64,000 bases of DNA, taken from the NCBI GenBank assembly GCA_965197475.1, contig CBDANF010000003.1, forward strand, positions 3,520,001-3,584,000. The letters are read 5' to 3'. The notes beneath the pieces were generated by a model. That model did no database searches. It was not told the DNA's origin and saw only the letters and a program-made list of their open reading frames with translations. This document shows, piece after piece, positions 40,935 through 51,714 of this stretch (position 1 is its first letter; each line of letters begins with the position of its first letter). A program made the position numbers and the translations under genes. The DNA comes from Candidatus Poribacteria bacterium. GTDB lineage: Bacteria; Poribacteria; WGA-4E; WGA-3G.

Positions 40935-41650
40935 TGTTTCCCAAAAATTCTTCTCGTACCTCAAATGACGTAGCGGTATTGAATACTTCCTCTGTCAGTG
41001 GAGGTATCCGTATACGATCAAATTGGCTGAAACGCGGTATTGACACTCTTTTGTCAACAATTGCCTTATTGGTCTTTTCGCCCTTTTTCTTACTCGGATG
41101 TTTACTCGCCAAAATACAATCCACCGGACCTGTGTTTTACAAGGCTAAACGCGTAGGCAGAGGCGGAATAGTTTTTGAAATGTATAAGTTCAGGACAATG
41201 GTTGTTAATGCTGATCAAATTGGAATCGGTCTCACGACACATAGGGATCCACGTGTAACACCCATTGGTCGTTTTTTACGGATAACAAAATTGGACGAGC
41301 TTCCGAATCTTATCAATGTTATCAAAGGCGAGATGAGTTTAATTGGACCGCGCCCTGAAGCCTCAAATTACGTCAAATACTATACCGAAGCACAAAAGCA
41401 GGTGCTGCAAGTGAAACCCGGTATTACAGGTCCTTCACAGATAGCGAATCGAAACGAAGAGAAGAAGTTAAAAGCACAGGCGGATCCAGAGCATTATTAC
41501 ATAACAGAATTGATGCCGCAGAAGTTAGCACTTGACCTTCACTACGTTGCAACACAGTGCTTCATTTCCGATATAAGATGGTTGTTCAAAACCTTTTGGG
41601 TGCTCGTTTTTCCACTAAAGGAAAAAGAGCATACCCAGCGAATCGGCTAA
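40934..41650 (+). CDS. Priming sugar transferase (WcaJ/PglC-like)
   Basis: KFRTM, KLDELP, MSLIGPRPE and KPGITG motifs. Confidence 0.88.
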   Translation: MFPKNSSRTSNDVAVLNTSSVSGGIRIRSNWLKRGIDTLLSTIALLVFSPFFLLGCLLAKIQSTGPVFYKAKRVGRGGIVFEMYKFRTMVVNADQIGIGLTTHRDPRVTPIGRFLRITKLDELPNLINVIKGEMSLIGPRPEASNYVKYYTEAQKQVLQVKPGITGPSQIANRNEEKKLKAQADPEHYYITELMPQKLALDLHYVATQCFISDIRWLFKTFWVLVFPLKEKEHTQRIG

Positions 41651-41707
41651 ACCTACCCAACATTTAGGACCACTTTAAAGATGGCTATCATATCTAAGCA
41701 ATAAAAA

Positions 41708-42574
41708 ATGAAACAGAAACGTGTATTGATTATCATATCGGTTATTGTCGTTCTCTTTTTCTTCACTGTAATTCTGCGTTTGATGGTTGGGACAGTGTCT
41801 ATTGGTGAAAAAGTCGCTGTGCTTGATATTACGGGTATCATATCCAAATCTGATGTTCCGATTAAACTCATTCATGCTTATCGAGATGATTCAAACGTGA
41901 AGGCACTTGTACTCCGCATTAATACACCGGGCGGGAGTGTGGCACCTGTTCAAGAGATTTTTCGAGAATTGGCGAAGTTGGAAAAACCTATTGTGGCATC
42001 AATGGGAGGGACGGCTGCTTCTGGCGGTTATTACATTGCTTGTGCAGCGAACACCATTGTCGCCAACCCAGGAACCTTGACAGGTAGCATCGGTGTAATC
42101 ATGCAGTTTACTAAGATGAAAGGTTTATACGAGAAAATCGGTTTAGAGCAACAGGTCATTAAAAGCGGTCAGTTCAAAGATACAGGATCAGCTTTCCGTG
42201 ACCTAACCGAAGACGAAAAAGCCATTCTTCAAGGAACTGTTGATGATGTTTACAATCAGTTCGTTGATGCGATCTTTAAATCGCGTGGAGATCACCTCAC
42301 TCGAGACGAAATCGTCCAACTCGCGGATGGACGCATCTTTTCTGGGAACCAGGCTCTCACGCATAAATTGGTTGATAGGTTAGGAAACCTACAAGATGCA
42401 ATTCAAATTGCTGGCGTGCTGGGTAACATTGAAGGTACTCCCAAAGTCATCCGCAAGCAGCGAAAGTCGTCCCTGCTTGAACAACTCCTTGGCATAAAAA
42501 ACAATTCTCATCTCAACGACCTCCTTAGCTTTCCCAGTGTTACATTCCGATATGAACTTAGCCTTGGAAATTAG
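41708..42574 (+). CDS. sppA: Signal peptide peptidase SppA (S49)
   Basis: INTPGGS, AASGGYY and TGSIGV motifs. Confidence 0.88.
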   Translation: MKQKRVLIIISVIVVLFFFTVILRLMVGTVSIGEKVAVLDITGIISKSDVPIKLIHAYRDDSNVKALVLRINTPGGSVAPVQEIFRELAKLEKPIVASMGGTAASGGYYIACAANTIVANPGTLTGSIGVIMQFTKMKGLYEKIGLEQQVIKSGQFKDTGSAFRDLTEDEKAILQGTVDDVYNQFVDAIFKSRGDHLTRDEIVQLADGRIFSGNQALTHKLVDRLGNLQDAIQIAGVLGNIEGTPKVIRKQRKSSLLEQLLGIKNNSHLNDLLSFPSVTFRYELSLGN

Positions 42575-42586
42575 AAGTTACCCGTT

Positions 42587-43744
42587 ATGAATCGCAGGTA
42601 CCACATAAATCCAGATTGGAAACGGCTTGCAGATCAAATTGTGATGTCAAACCAACGTGTGCTTGTTCTTGGCGCATCAGATGCAGGAAAATCAACATTC
42701 TGTCAATATCTAATTGATTCTGCTTGTGCTGCGTTGTTGAAAGCCGCGCTTGTTGATGCTGATGTAGGACAATCTCAAATCGGTCCCCCTACGACTATCG
42801 GCATGAAACTTTTTGAGTCCTTGTCAGAGGGAGCAGAGTCGCATTTGCCTTTTGGTAGTTACGAAAATGAGATGAACGTTAGGCAAGAAAACCTTGATAT
42901 AGAATCCGAACGGATTGAGGGTACTAAGAAAACCGTAGGTCAAGACTTAAACCACAAAGCAGATGCGCTCTACTTTGTGGGGGCATTATCACCACAACGC
43001 AACTTGCTTTCGATTTTGACTGGAACCCGATTGATGGTAGATGCTGCACATAAAGCAGGCGCGAATTTCACTGTCATTGATACAACCGGATATGTTTATG
43101 ACGGTGCCGCTATAATGCTGAAACAGCAAAAAATTGATCTCATTCGTCCACATCATTTAGTTTGCATTGGCCGTTCCAAAGATTTGGAAAGGATTGTTGC
43201 GTGCTACAGCGATTTAAATTGGCTAACCATTCACCACTTACTGCCCCATAAGTTGACGCGCACTAAAAGCAGTGAAGCACGAAAGAGAAATCGAAAAGCA
43301 AGGTTTAAGGCATATTTTGCAGATAGTCAACTTCAAGGCATTTCATTTGAACAAATTCGGGGGGCACACACCCCATTTTTTAACGGAAGAATAGCGAATC
43401 AGAAAGAGATAGAGATACTCACGCGCCTTACAGAAGAAGGGATAATTTATGCTGAGTGGGGGCATCGCTCTTTAAGTCTAATCGCACGAAGAAATCTTTC
43501 GCAAAATACAACTAAAAAACTAAAAGATTATCTGAGTTTATCATTTATTTCAGATCAAATACCCGCTTATTTCAAACAACGTTTTGTTGGAATGGTTGAC
43601 GAGGCAGGTGATACTTTAGCCATCGGTATAATTGAATCTGTTGACTTTCAAAACCGAGTGCTTAGTATCCGTTGCGAATCGGGAATTGCTTCTAAAATTA
43701 AGGTTCTGCAGTTTGGGGATTATCAGTTTGCAGGGAAACAGTAA
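42587..43744 (+). CDS. Clp1/NOL9/GRC3-like polynucleotide 5'-hydroxyl kinase
   Basis: GASDAGKST, DADVGQSQIGPP, IDTTG and RKRNRKARFKAYF motifs. Confidence 0.75.
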   Translation: MNRRYHINPDWKRLADQIVMSNQRVLVLGASDAGKSTFCQYLIDSACAALLKAALVDADVGQSQIGPPTTIGMKLFESLSEGAESHLPFGSYENEMNVRQENLDIESERIEGTKKTVGQDLNHKADALYFVGALSPQRNLLSILTGTRLMVDAAHKAGANFTVIDTTGYVYDGAAIMLKQQKIDLIRPHHLVCIGRSKDLERIVACYSDLNWLTIHHLLPHKLTRTKSSEARKRNRKARFKAYFADSQLQGISFEQIRGAHTPFFNGRIANQKEIEILTRLTEEGIIYAEWGHRSLSLIARRNLSQNTTKKLKDYLSLSFISDQIPAYFKQRFVGMVDEAGDTLAIGIIESVDFQNRVLSIRCESGIASKIKVLQFGDYQFAGKQ

Positions 43745-43783
43745 TACAATATTCTATAGTTGTTTTGAGTACTTAATATAGGC

Positions 43784-45643
43784 ATGAAGGTTGATTCTTC
43801 ATGTCAAGGCGATGATTCTTTGCAAAAAAAGAATGTGCTTTTCAGATTTCTGCGTTATCTCACTCCCTACAAAGGCTCTATTATATTGGCGATGGGTTGT
43901 GCTTTGGTCGCCTCTATTTGTTATCTTGGACCAATTCAGATTTTAGCAGATACGCTTGATTCGCTAAAAGAATTAGAGGGTTTCAGTCAATTTACTCAAC
44001 CTGTTCCTATCCGTATTTTTTTCATAGAAAATATATATAAAGGTTTCCAAATTACATTGGCAGATGTGGAGGACGCTCTTCGCTTTTTCTTTTGGCTTTT
44101 AGCAGGATTTCTCAGTCTGGTTTTTGTAAAAGGATTTTTTGTTTACGGCAGCGATTTTCTGATGGAACGTGTAGGAAACAAATTGAGTTTTCGCGTTCGA
44201 AATGACCTATATGAAAAAATCATTTCAGCCCCACTGGGTACCCTCTCAGAACATCACAGTGGCGACGTAATGACACGGGTCACCGATGATGTGCGAGTGT
44301 TGCAGCAGGCAGTTGCCGCTACCGCATCAATAATGCGTGCAATTATCCAGGTCACCGTTTTTGGTACAGTGTTGCTCTATAAAAACGCCCAAATGACGAT
44401 CTTCTCCATGTTAGTGCTTCCAATGATTGCGTATTCCATCTCACGCATAGGAACACGTGTCCGCAAAGCAAGCACGGAGATTCAAGAACGTAGTTCGGAC
44501 ATCTACTCACAACTCAAGGAGACTCTTGCCGGAATCAACATAATAAAGAGTTTTACCACTGAAAAAACTGAGATGGAAAGATTTCAATCAACCACATCCG
44601 GCCAATATAACTCAGCAATCCGCCGCGCACGATTTGCTTCACTCCTCCCACCACTTATTGAATGGATGGCGGCTATCGGAATCGCAACTGTTTTAGGACT
44701 TGGGTGTTGGAACGTCATAGAAGGCAAGCTGACTATTGGTTGGTTTGCAGGTTATATTGCAATAGTCGCACTGATGTTCAAACCGATCAAGACCATAGGT
44801 AGTGTCAATAATGTCTTACAAATAAGTCTTGCTTCTGCCGAACGTATTTTTCCGTTGCTTGATTTAGAAAGAGAACCCGGTAGTGTATCAAATGGAAAGC
44901 GTGAACTTCCCAACGTACGGGGAACTGTCCAATTTCAAAACGTATCGTTCGCGTATCAACAACGTCCCGTTATTAAAAATGTTAGTTTTACCGCAGAACC
45001 AGGGGAGGTAATTGCACTTGTCGGTCCAAGCGGCAGCGGGAAAACAACGCTTCTCAATCTTCTTCAACGCTTCTATACGGTAGATTCCGGAGCAATTCAT
45101 ATTGATAATTTACCGATTGAAGAAATCTCATTGAAATCGTTAAGGCAAAATATCGCTCTGGTACCACAAGATACATTTCTTTTTGATGGCACAGTTTTAG
45201 AAAATATTGAATACGGTTCTCCCGGTTCAAGCAGACAATTAATCATTGACGCGGCAAAAAAGGCGAACGCACACGATTTTATCACTAAAATGCCTAAAGG
45301 CTACGACACGCCAATCGGCGAAGCCGGTGGCAACCTATCTGGCGGGGAACAGCAACGTATCTCTATCGCACGCGCTATTCTGAAAGATGCACCGATTCTC
45401 GTACTTGATGAAGCAACTTCTGCACTTGATACCCAATCTGAAGTTGTTATACAAAAATCGTTAGCGAATTTGATGGAAGGTAGAACAAGTTTTATTATTG
45501 CGCATCGCCTTTCAACGGTAATGCGTGCTGATAACATTTTAGTTATCAACGAAGGTGAAATAGTGGAAAGCGGGAACCACACAAAGTTATTAGAAAAGGG
45601 CGGGCTCTACCGAAAGTTGTGTGAACAACAAATTTTCGGATAA
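43784..45643 (+). CDS. MsbA-like ABC exporter
   Basis: TMD plus GPSGSGKT, LSGGEQQR and LDEATSALD. Confidence 0.88.
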   Translation: MKVDSSCQGDDSLQKKNVLFRFLRYLTPYKGSIILAMGCALVASICYLGPIQILADTLDSLKELEGFSQFTQPVPIRIFFIENIYKGFQITLADVEDALRFFFWLLAGFLSLVFVKGFFVYGSDFLMERVGNKLSFRVRNDLYEKIISAPLGTLSEHHSGDVMTRVTDDVRVLQQAVAATASIMRAIIQVTVFGTVLLYKNAQMTIFSMLVLPMIAYSISRIGTRVRKASTEIQERSSDIYSQLKETLAGINIIKSFTTEKTEMERFQSTTSGQYNSAIRRARFASLLPPLIEWMAAIGIATVLGLGCWNVIEGKLTIGWFAGYIAIVALMFKPIKTIGSVNNVLQISLASAERIFPLLDLEREPGSVSNGKRELPNVRGTVQFQNVSFAYQQRPVIKNVSFTAEPGEVIALVGPSGSGKTTLLNLLQRFYTVDSGAIHIDNLPIEEISLKSLRQNIALVPQDTFLFDGTVLENIEYGSPGSSRQLIIDAAKKANAHDFITKMPKGYDTPIGEAGGNLSGGEQQRISIARAILKDAPILVLDEATSALDTQSEVVIQKSLANLMEGRTSFIIAHRLSTVMRADNILVINEGEIVESGNHTKLLEKGGLYRKLCEQQIFG

Positions 45644-45913
45644 CTTTGTGATAGCAGTTAAATGTATTATAAGACAGGAACGATTGCTGCGGTTCTACCG
45701 AATATAGAAAAATAAAGAAAAAATTGTAGATTTGTAAACTATTTGGATTTAAAAACGTCTCAATATAATGCAAGCACAATTAACGTTTCAACAATATTTA
45801 GATTTTATTCTTTGAAGAGAATTACCATACTTAGAAATCCACACAAAGCCCCAACGTTTGGTTGAGTCAGGGCTGTTGTGCACGGCTTAGATCGTGTTAT
45901 GTCTTTATTAAGG

Positions 45914-46489
45914 TTAGTTTCGTCCTTGTTTAGTGATAGCACCCTCAAGATCGGCTTCGCGATAGATGGCTTCGGATAAATCAACCTCGTAAAGATACGC
46001 ACCTTTGAAATTTGCCCCGAGTAACACGATACTGTCTAATTTGATTTCACCAAAAATTGCCTCTTCCAGGTTGGCATTCTCAAAAGTAGTAAGATTACCA
46101 AAAGGAGCAGTGGGAACACATGTAGGACAACCAAGCGTAGCGCGACGTAAATCTGCACCGCGAAAATTAGTGCCGGATAGAAGACTTCCACTCAAAAACG
46201 CTCCAAATAGATTCGCGTTCTCCAATGTTGCTTCTGTAAGATTTGCTCCTACTAAATAGGTTCGTAATAGAACGGCACCGGACAGGTCAGCTCCAGTCAG
46301 GTTTGCATCATTTAGATTTGCGTCCGTTAAATCAGCATTTTTAAGGTTAGCACCACTTAAATTTGCTGTAGAAAAATCTGCACCGACAAGTGATTGGTCG
46401 GCTAAATCTATTTTTTCTAAGTTTTCGTTCGCGAACGATTCACCTGCTAATAAACGTTGAACAACATCTTCTTGTGGTTTTTCTTGCAT
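45914..46489 (-). CDS. Pentapeptide repeat protein
   Basis: A(N/D)L(S/T)x repeats; GGAGG RBS before 46489. Confidence 0.85.
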   Translation of the reverse strand: MQEKPQEDVVQRLLAGESFANENLEKIDLADQSLVGADFSTANLSGANLKNADLTDANLNDANLTGADLSGAVLLRTYLVGANLTEATLENANLFGAFLSGSLLSGTNFRGADLRRATLGCPTCVPTAPFGNLTTFENANLEEAIFGEIKLDSIVLLGANFKGAYLYEVDLSEAIYREADLEGAITKQGRN

Positions 46490-46747
46490 AAATTGCCTCC
46501 ATTTTTTGTATGATTTCAATAAGCTTCTCTGGCATTGACAAAAGTTAATAGATACCGAAGTGCCTTTTGTAACAAACATTAACGTTAGACGTTTTTTAAC
46601 GTAAGTTGAAAATTTTCAATATATTTTACGGAATAGAGCGACAAATATTTTCATCAGTTATCCCGCGGAAATGATTGAGACACAAGCATCCAATTGGTGG
46701 ATATGCGATTAAACAAAATCTTGCATAGACATAAGGAAAATACTAAA

Positions 46748-48424
46748 ATGAAAAACTTTTACCCAACCGATTCAGTTGAGTTTGACTTGCTTCCTTCTGA
46801 GGAGAAAAAAGAGGAAAATACTGCTCCTATAAAGGATGAAACATTCGCTTACCTGCAGACTATTGCTAAAACACCGTTGTTGCAACCCGAACAAGAGAAA
46901 GCACTCTTTGAAGATTACCAAGAGGGCGTACAGAGTTTTACGGCAAACTTCAAACTGCTTCCGAATTGGATTATAAATACGTTAGATTTTGGTACAAAAA
47001 GCCGCCGCATTCCGGAACAAAAATTAAAACCTGCTCAAAAAGATCATGGACTAATTATAGATCAAATTTCCGCACATGTACAGTCTATTGAAAACTTGTT
47101 GCAAAAACTCGACAGAAAACGAAAAAAATCAGAGAAAGTAAAGTCGAAAATCCTTATGGGAAATTTGCACCTCCTGAAAAAATATGTAAATGATCCTGAA
47201 TATGCAACAGTAATGTGTCCTGAATTACTGCAAGCAGGTTATCTTGGTCTTATTAAAGCAATTGAAAATTGGATACCTGAACACGGACAGAAGTTTAGAG
47301 TTTATGCGCGAGCTTCAATTCGTGTAAGCATTGAAGCAGCCCGCCAAAATCCTGAAAAATTTGGGTTGTCAATTACAGAACAAAGGTTGAACCAATTTTC
47401 ACATAGTTTAGAACGCGACTCCCTTATCAATGCAATGCCGCTTGATGAGGAAGAAGAAGCACGTTTGCTTGAAACTTTTACATTGACAATATATGAGGTA
47501 GCACAACTTCTGAATAAACTATCCTCCGATTTTTTAGACGAAATTGCTTATGGAAAAGTTGGGAAAACCTCAGAAATCCAGTGGAGCACAAGCACACTAA
47601 ATCCACTTTTGGAAATGCTTCATACGGAATTGCTGCGTCTCAAAACTTTGCTGGTGAAACTTACAGAAGCGGACAAACTCGCCCACGGCACAAAAATGAA
47701 AATCGTTGAGGCAAACCTGCGATTAGTCGCGAGTATTGCAAAGCAACACCATTTCAATAAAACTGCTTTAACCTTTCTTGACCTTATGCAGGAAGGGAGC
47801 ATCGGTCTCATGAAAGCGGTTGAGAAATTCGACCACACGCTCCGGTATCGTTTCAGCACTTACGCCACTTGGTGGGTAATGCAATCCATAAAAAGGGCAA
47901 TAGACCAACAGGGACAGATCATCCGTGTTCCATGTTATATCGGTGAGACGCGTAGGTTGATCAAACAGGTGCAGTCCAATCTCACGATAAAACTTGGTCG
48001 TGAACCTACAACTAAAGAGATTGCACAAGAGGTTAAACTTTCCGAAAAAAAGATTGATGAAATTTTGCAAGCAACGAGAGACCCTATTTCGTTAGATGCA
48101 CCGATTAATGAAACTGCTCCAGAAGTACCAATTCGCGATATAATTCCGGATGATGCTCAGATAACACCGGAAACAGAATTGGTTAACTTCTCCAAAATTG
48201 AAGCGTTAGAAGAAGTCCTTAATAGGACGCTAACCCCGCGCGAAACCCACGTCATTGTCCTTCGCTACGGATTAATTGATGGAACAGAATACACACTTGC
48301 TGATATCGGCACAAAACTCAAAATCAGCCGTGAACGGGTTAGACAGATCGAAGTTGAGGCACTCAATAAACTCAGACGGCATGAACCGAAAGAACTGTTG
48401 ATGGAGTTGTTTCAAAAATATTAG
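46748..48424 (+). CDS. RpoD-like sigma70 factor with an extra degenerate region 1.2/2 module
   Basis: EANLRLV, DLMQEGSIGLMKAVEKFD, FSTYATWW and SRERVRQIE; upstream second copy GNLHLL...ELLQAGYLGLIKAIE. Confidence 0.85.
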   Translation: MKNFYPTDSVEFDLLPSEEKKEENTAPIKDETFAYLQTIAKTPLLQPEQEKALFEDYQEGVQSFTANFKLLPNWIINTLDFGTKSRRIPEQKLKPAQKDHGLIIDQISAHVQSIENLLQKLDRKRKKSEKVKSKILMGNLHLLKKYVNDPEYATVMCPELLQAGYLGLIKAIENWIPEHGQKFRVYARASIRVSIEAARQNPEKFGLSITEQRLNQFSHSLERDSLINAMPLDEEEEARLLETFTLTIYEVAQLLNKLSSDFLDEIAYGKVGKTSEIQWSTSTLNPLLEMLHTELLRLKTLLVKLTEADKLAHGTKMKIVEANLRLVASIAKQHHFNKTALTFLDLMQEGSIGLMKAVEKFDHTLRYRFSTYATWWVMQSIKRAIDQQGQIIRVPCYIGETRRLIKQVQSNLTIKLGREPTTKEIAQEVKLSEKKIDEILQATRDPISLDAPINETAPEVPIRDIIPDDAQITPETELVNFSKIEALEEVLNRTLTPRETHVIVLRYGLIDGTEYTLADIGTKLKISRERVRQIEVEALNKLRRHEPKELLMELFQKY

Positions 48425-48427
48425 ATT

Positions 48428-48483
48428 TTTTCTCATCATCGGCATGTGAGGTGCTAAATTAGCAATTGCCGATGATGAGAAAA
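48428..48483. terminator. 17-bp perfect inverted repeat (terminator or MITE remnant)
   Basis: TTTTCTCATCATCGGCA ... TGCCGATGATGAGAAAA directly after the sigma gene stop. Confidence 0.5.
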
Positions 48484-48546
48484 CTTCTGCAACAACGATA
48501 AGGATGTCATTTCAATTCCGACTGCGCAACCAGAGGAATCTCCCAA

Positions 48547-49818
48547 TTGAAAATCGCATATTTTGATTGCTTCTCCGGTATTAGCGGTGACATGGTCCTC
48601 GGTGCTGTTGTTGATGCGGGAGTTGACCCTGAGGTACTAACAACCGAATTAGCAAAACTAAAAATTGATGATGAATTTAGCCTCCATTTTCAGAAAACAA
48701 CGAAACACGGTATTTCCGGAACGCAAGCAATAGTTGAGACCGCCTACGATTCACAAGAAGACCATCACCACAATCATTTCCACGCCCCCAGTAGACACCT
48801 CTCTGACATTTTTAGCCTGCTTGATGCAAGTGAACTTAAAACGAATGTTCACGACACAGCAAAACAGATTTTTGACAGACTTGCTGAAGCTGAGGCGAAA
48901 GTACACGATTCTCACAAAACCAAGGTACACCTCCACGAAGTCAGCGGAATTGATTCCATAGTAGACATTGTTGGTGCTGTAATCGGTTTGGCTGAACTCG
49001 GTATTAAAGAAATTTACGCTTCTCCGCTTTCACTTGGACGTGGTTTTGTCCGATGTGCCCACGGTATGATGCCCGTGCCTGTACCGGGTACGCTGGAACT
49101 CTTACATGGTGTTCCGATTCGTCAGACCGACATCTCCAAAGAATTAGTTACACCTACAGGTGCAGCCATCATCACCACGTTCGCAAAACACTTTGGGGTG
49201 ATGCCCGATATGAGCATTGACCAGATCGGTTACGGTGCAGGCACCAGAGACCTGGAGATGCAGCCAAATCTCCTTCGTATCTGTATCGGTGAAAAATTAT
49301 CTTTGAACAACATTAAGCATAGACATGACCAATTAATATCTTCAACTGGTGACTCACCACCTGCCGAACAGAATACTGTCCTTGGTTTTAACGACTCTAT
49401 AGAAATCATTGAAACGAATGTAGATGACCTGTCCCCCGAAATTTGCGGTTATGTGATGGACAAGCTTTTTGAACACGGTGCTTTAGATGTATTTTTTATG
49501 CCTATTCTTATGAAGAAAGGCAGACCCGCGATACAAATAAACATACTCTGTCCATCCAGCATACGAGAACTATTGATAAAAGTTCTTCTAACAGAAACAA
49601 CAACCTTTGGTGTTCGATTTTATACTGCTGACCGTATAATCCTCAATCGTGATTATGTTGAAATCAATACCCAATGGGGTCCTGTTCGAGCCAAACGCGG
49701 TTACTTAAACGGTGTCCTAATCAAAACAGTTCCAGAGTATGAAGATTGTAGATGTCTTGCAGAGGAAAAAGGTGTACCGCTCCAGTCTGTTTTTCAAGAC
49801 GCACTCCGCAAAATATAA
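48547..49818 (+). CDS. larC: Nickel pincer cofactor biosynthesis protein LarC
   Basis: FDCFSGISGDM, His-rich loop, HEVSGIDSIVD, TPTGAA, MKKGRP, PEYEDC. Confidence 0.9.
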   Translation: MKIAYFDCFSGISGDMVLGAVVDAGVDPEVLTTELAKLKIDDEFSLHFQKTTKHGISGTQAIVETAYDSQEDHHHNHFHAPSRHLSDIFSLLDASELKTNVHDTAKQIFDRLAEAEAKVHDSHKTKVHLHEVSGIDSIVDIVGAVIGLAELGIKEIYASPLSLGRGFVRCAHGMMPVPVPGTLELLHGVPIRQTDISKELVTPTGAAIITTFAKHFGVMPDMSIDQIGYGAGTRDLEMQPNLLRICIGEKLSLNNIKHRHDQLISSTGDSPPAEQNTVLGFNDSIEIIETNVDDLSPEICGYVMDKLFEHGALDVFFMPILMKKGRPAIQINILCPSSIRELLIKVLLTETTTFGVRFYTADRIILNRDYVEINTQWGPVRAKRGYLNGVLIKTVPEYEDCRCLAEEKGVPLQSVFQDALRKI

Positions 49819-49897
49819 TTCCCTTCAGCCAATTTGAATAATCCGATTATCAGTTGCAAGAAAAAGCAATATCCCACGCAAGTTTATATTACGGTGT

Positions 49898-51658
49898 TTA
49901 GGAACACCTATCGCAAGTCCCACACCGATAATTCTCTGGTACTTCCTCTCCGAAATAGTCACGAATGACTTTCATCCTGCACCCTTCAGATGCTGCGTAG
50001 TACACCATCTTGTCAATTCGGCTGCGTCTGTATTTAACATAGTCCCCGAGTCCCATCTGTTCTTCAGAAAGAGAGGAAAAGAGTTCACTATCCTGTAGTA
50101 ATTCAATCAGCATTAGGTCATCCTTACCCCAATACTGAAGGTGACCCTCGTTTTGAAGTTCGGCAAGTTGTTCCATAACCCACCTTGGACTTAGTTCAAA
50201 GTCTTGGCAAAAACTTAAAATATCTGTTACTCGCCGCTGGCGCAGTTGGGCATAAAGTTTAGACTGTTCTGATGTCTCGTCTGTAGGTTGCGTTCTCAAC
50301 CGGACGGAGACTCGAGACGGGACATTATGCCATCTTTTCACAAAACCAAGTTTTTCCAAATAGGTCAACCCAACCTGTATTTTTGCTTCCTTAAAACCAA
50401 CTTTCCACACCAATTCATCCATCACCATCAACCGATATTCTTCTGATCCTTTGAAGTTTTCAAGTACTTCCAACAGTTTTAGGAGCGAAGGTTTGTCTGG
50501 AGCACTCTCTTTGATAAACCATTCATGCAACTCGCGGTCTTTATGAAAATAGAATAAAAGGCACTGCGAATCTTTCTCATCTCTACCTGCCCGGCCAACT
50601 TCTTGACAGTATTCCTCTAAGGTGCCGGTCATTGTCCAATGAATGATATACCGGATATTCGCTTTATCAATCCCCATTCCAAAAGCATTCGTAGCAGCAA
50701 CGATGTCTAATCCATTTCGGCTGTCATCAAAAAATGCTTCTTGTATCTGTTTACGTTCGTGCGGTTCACGACCCGCATGGTAATAATCTGCACGGAACCC
50801 TTGTTTTTGGAGAAACTCGGCAATTTCTTCTGTGTCGCTTCGCCGCCCCGCATAGATAATACCATTTCCTTTAAGCAACCCCATGTTTTTTTCAAGTAAT
50901 GTATATTTCTGCTCTTTTTCTTCGCATTCGTGAACTGATAATTTCAAATTAGGTCGTTCAATACCTCGCACAAGTACTCTCGGTTCTGGGATATTGAGTA
51001 TATTCAGGATATCTTCTTGGATATCTGGAGGAGCGGTTGCTGTGAATAACGCAATAGCTTTGGGAAAAAGGGTGTCAATTGCCTCACAGATCGAAAGATA
51101 AGCAGGTCGGAAATCACGCCCCCATTGTGAAATACAGTGTGCCTCATCAATCACAAATACAGAGATAACAATAGAATTTAGTAAATCTAAAAACCGCCTA
51201 CTTCGTAAACGTTCTGGAGAAATATAAAGGAGTTTTATTTTTCCCTGTCTTAATAGATTGAGTTCACGCCGATACTCTTCCCATGTCTGTGTGCTATTTA
51301 TAAGTGATACAGACTCTATTCCTTGTGCCTTTAAAGCGTCTACTTGGTCTTTCATTAAAGAGAGCAAGGGTGAAACAACAACAGTTATTCCAGGTAGCAT
51401 CAATGCCGGAAGTTGATAACATAATGATTTTCCGTGACCAGTAGGAAAAACGGCAAAAACATTTTCACCGTCTAAAATCGCTTCAATAATTTCCCGTTGT
51501 CCACCTCGAAAAGTTTCATAGCCGAAGTTTTGCCGTAATGCGTTTAGAAGTTGATCATCCTGTTTTTCAGGTTGCGCTAAAGGGGTTTGTGTCTTGACTA
51601 TATCAGACGAATTAAGGATATCGTCAACCTCTTTTAGTAAATTCTGCAAATGTCCCAT
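49898..51658 (-). CDS. RecQ-family DNA helicase
   Basis: PTGHGKSLCYQ, DEAHCISQWG, ATNAFGMGID, QEVGRAGRD and C-terminal Zn-binding Cys. Confidence 0.9.
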   Translation of the reverse strand: MGHLQNLLKEVDDILNSSDIVKTQTPLAQPEKQDDQLLNALRQNFGYETFRGGQREIIEAILDGENVFAVFPTGHGKSLCYQLPALMLPGITVVVSPLLSLMKDQVDALKAQGIESVSLINSTQTWEEYRRELNLLRQGKIKLLYISPERLRSRRFLDLLNSIVISVFVIDEAHCISQWGRDFRPAYLSICEAIDTLFPKAIALFTATAPPDIQEDILNILNIPEPRVLVRGIERPNLKLSVHECEEKEQKYTLLEKNMGLLKGNGIIYAGRRSDTEEIAEFLQKQGFRADYYHAGREPHERKQIQEAFFDDSRNGLDIVAATNAFGMGIDKANIRYIIHWTMTGTLEEYCQEVGRAGRDEKDSQCLLFYFHKDRELHEWFIKESAPDKPSLLKLLEVLENFKGSEEYRLMVMDELVWKVGFKEAKIQVGLTYLEKLGFVKRWHNVPSRVSVRLRTQPTDETSEQSKLYAQLRQRRVTDILSFCQDFELSPRWVMEQLAELQNEGHLQYWGKDDLMLIELLQDSELFSSLSEEQMGLGDYVKYRRSRIDKMVYYAASEGCRMKVIRDYFGEEVPENYRCGTCDRCS

Positions 51659-51714
51659 AGACTCTCAACCTTTTAGCACGGTGTGTTAATTGATGCTCCT
51701 TGTATATGGTGGAT

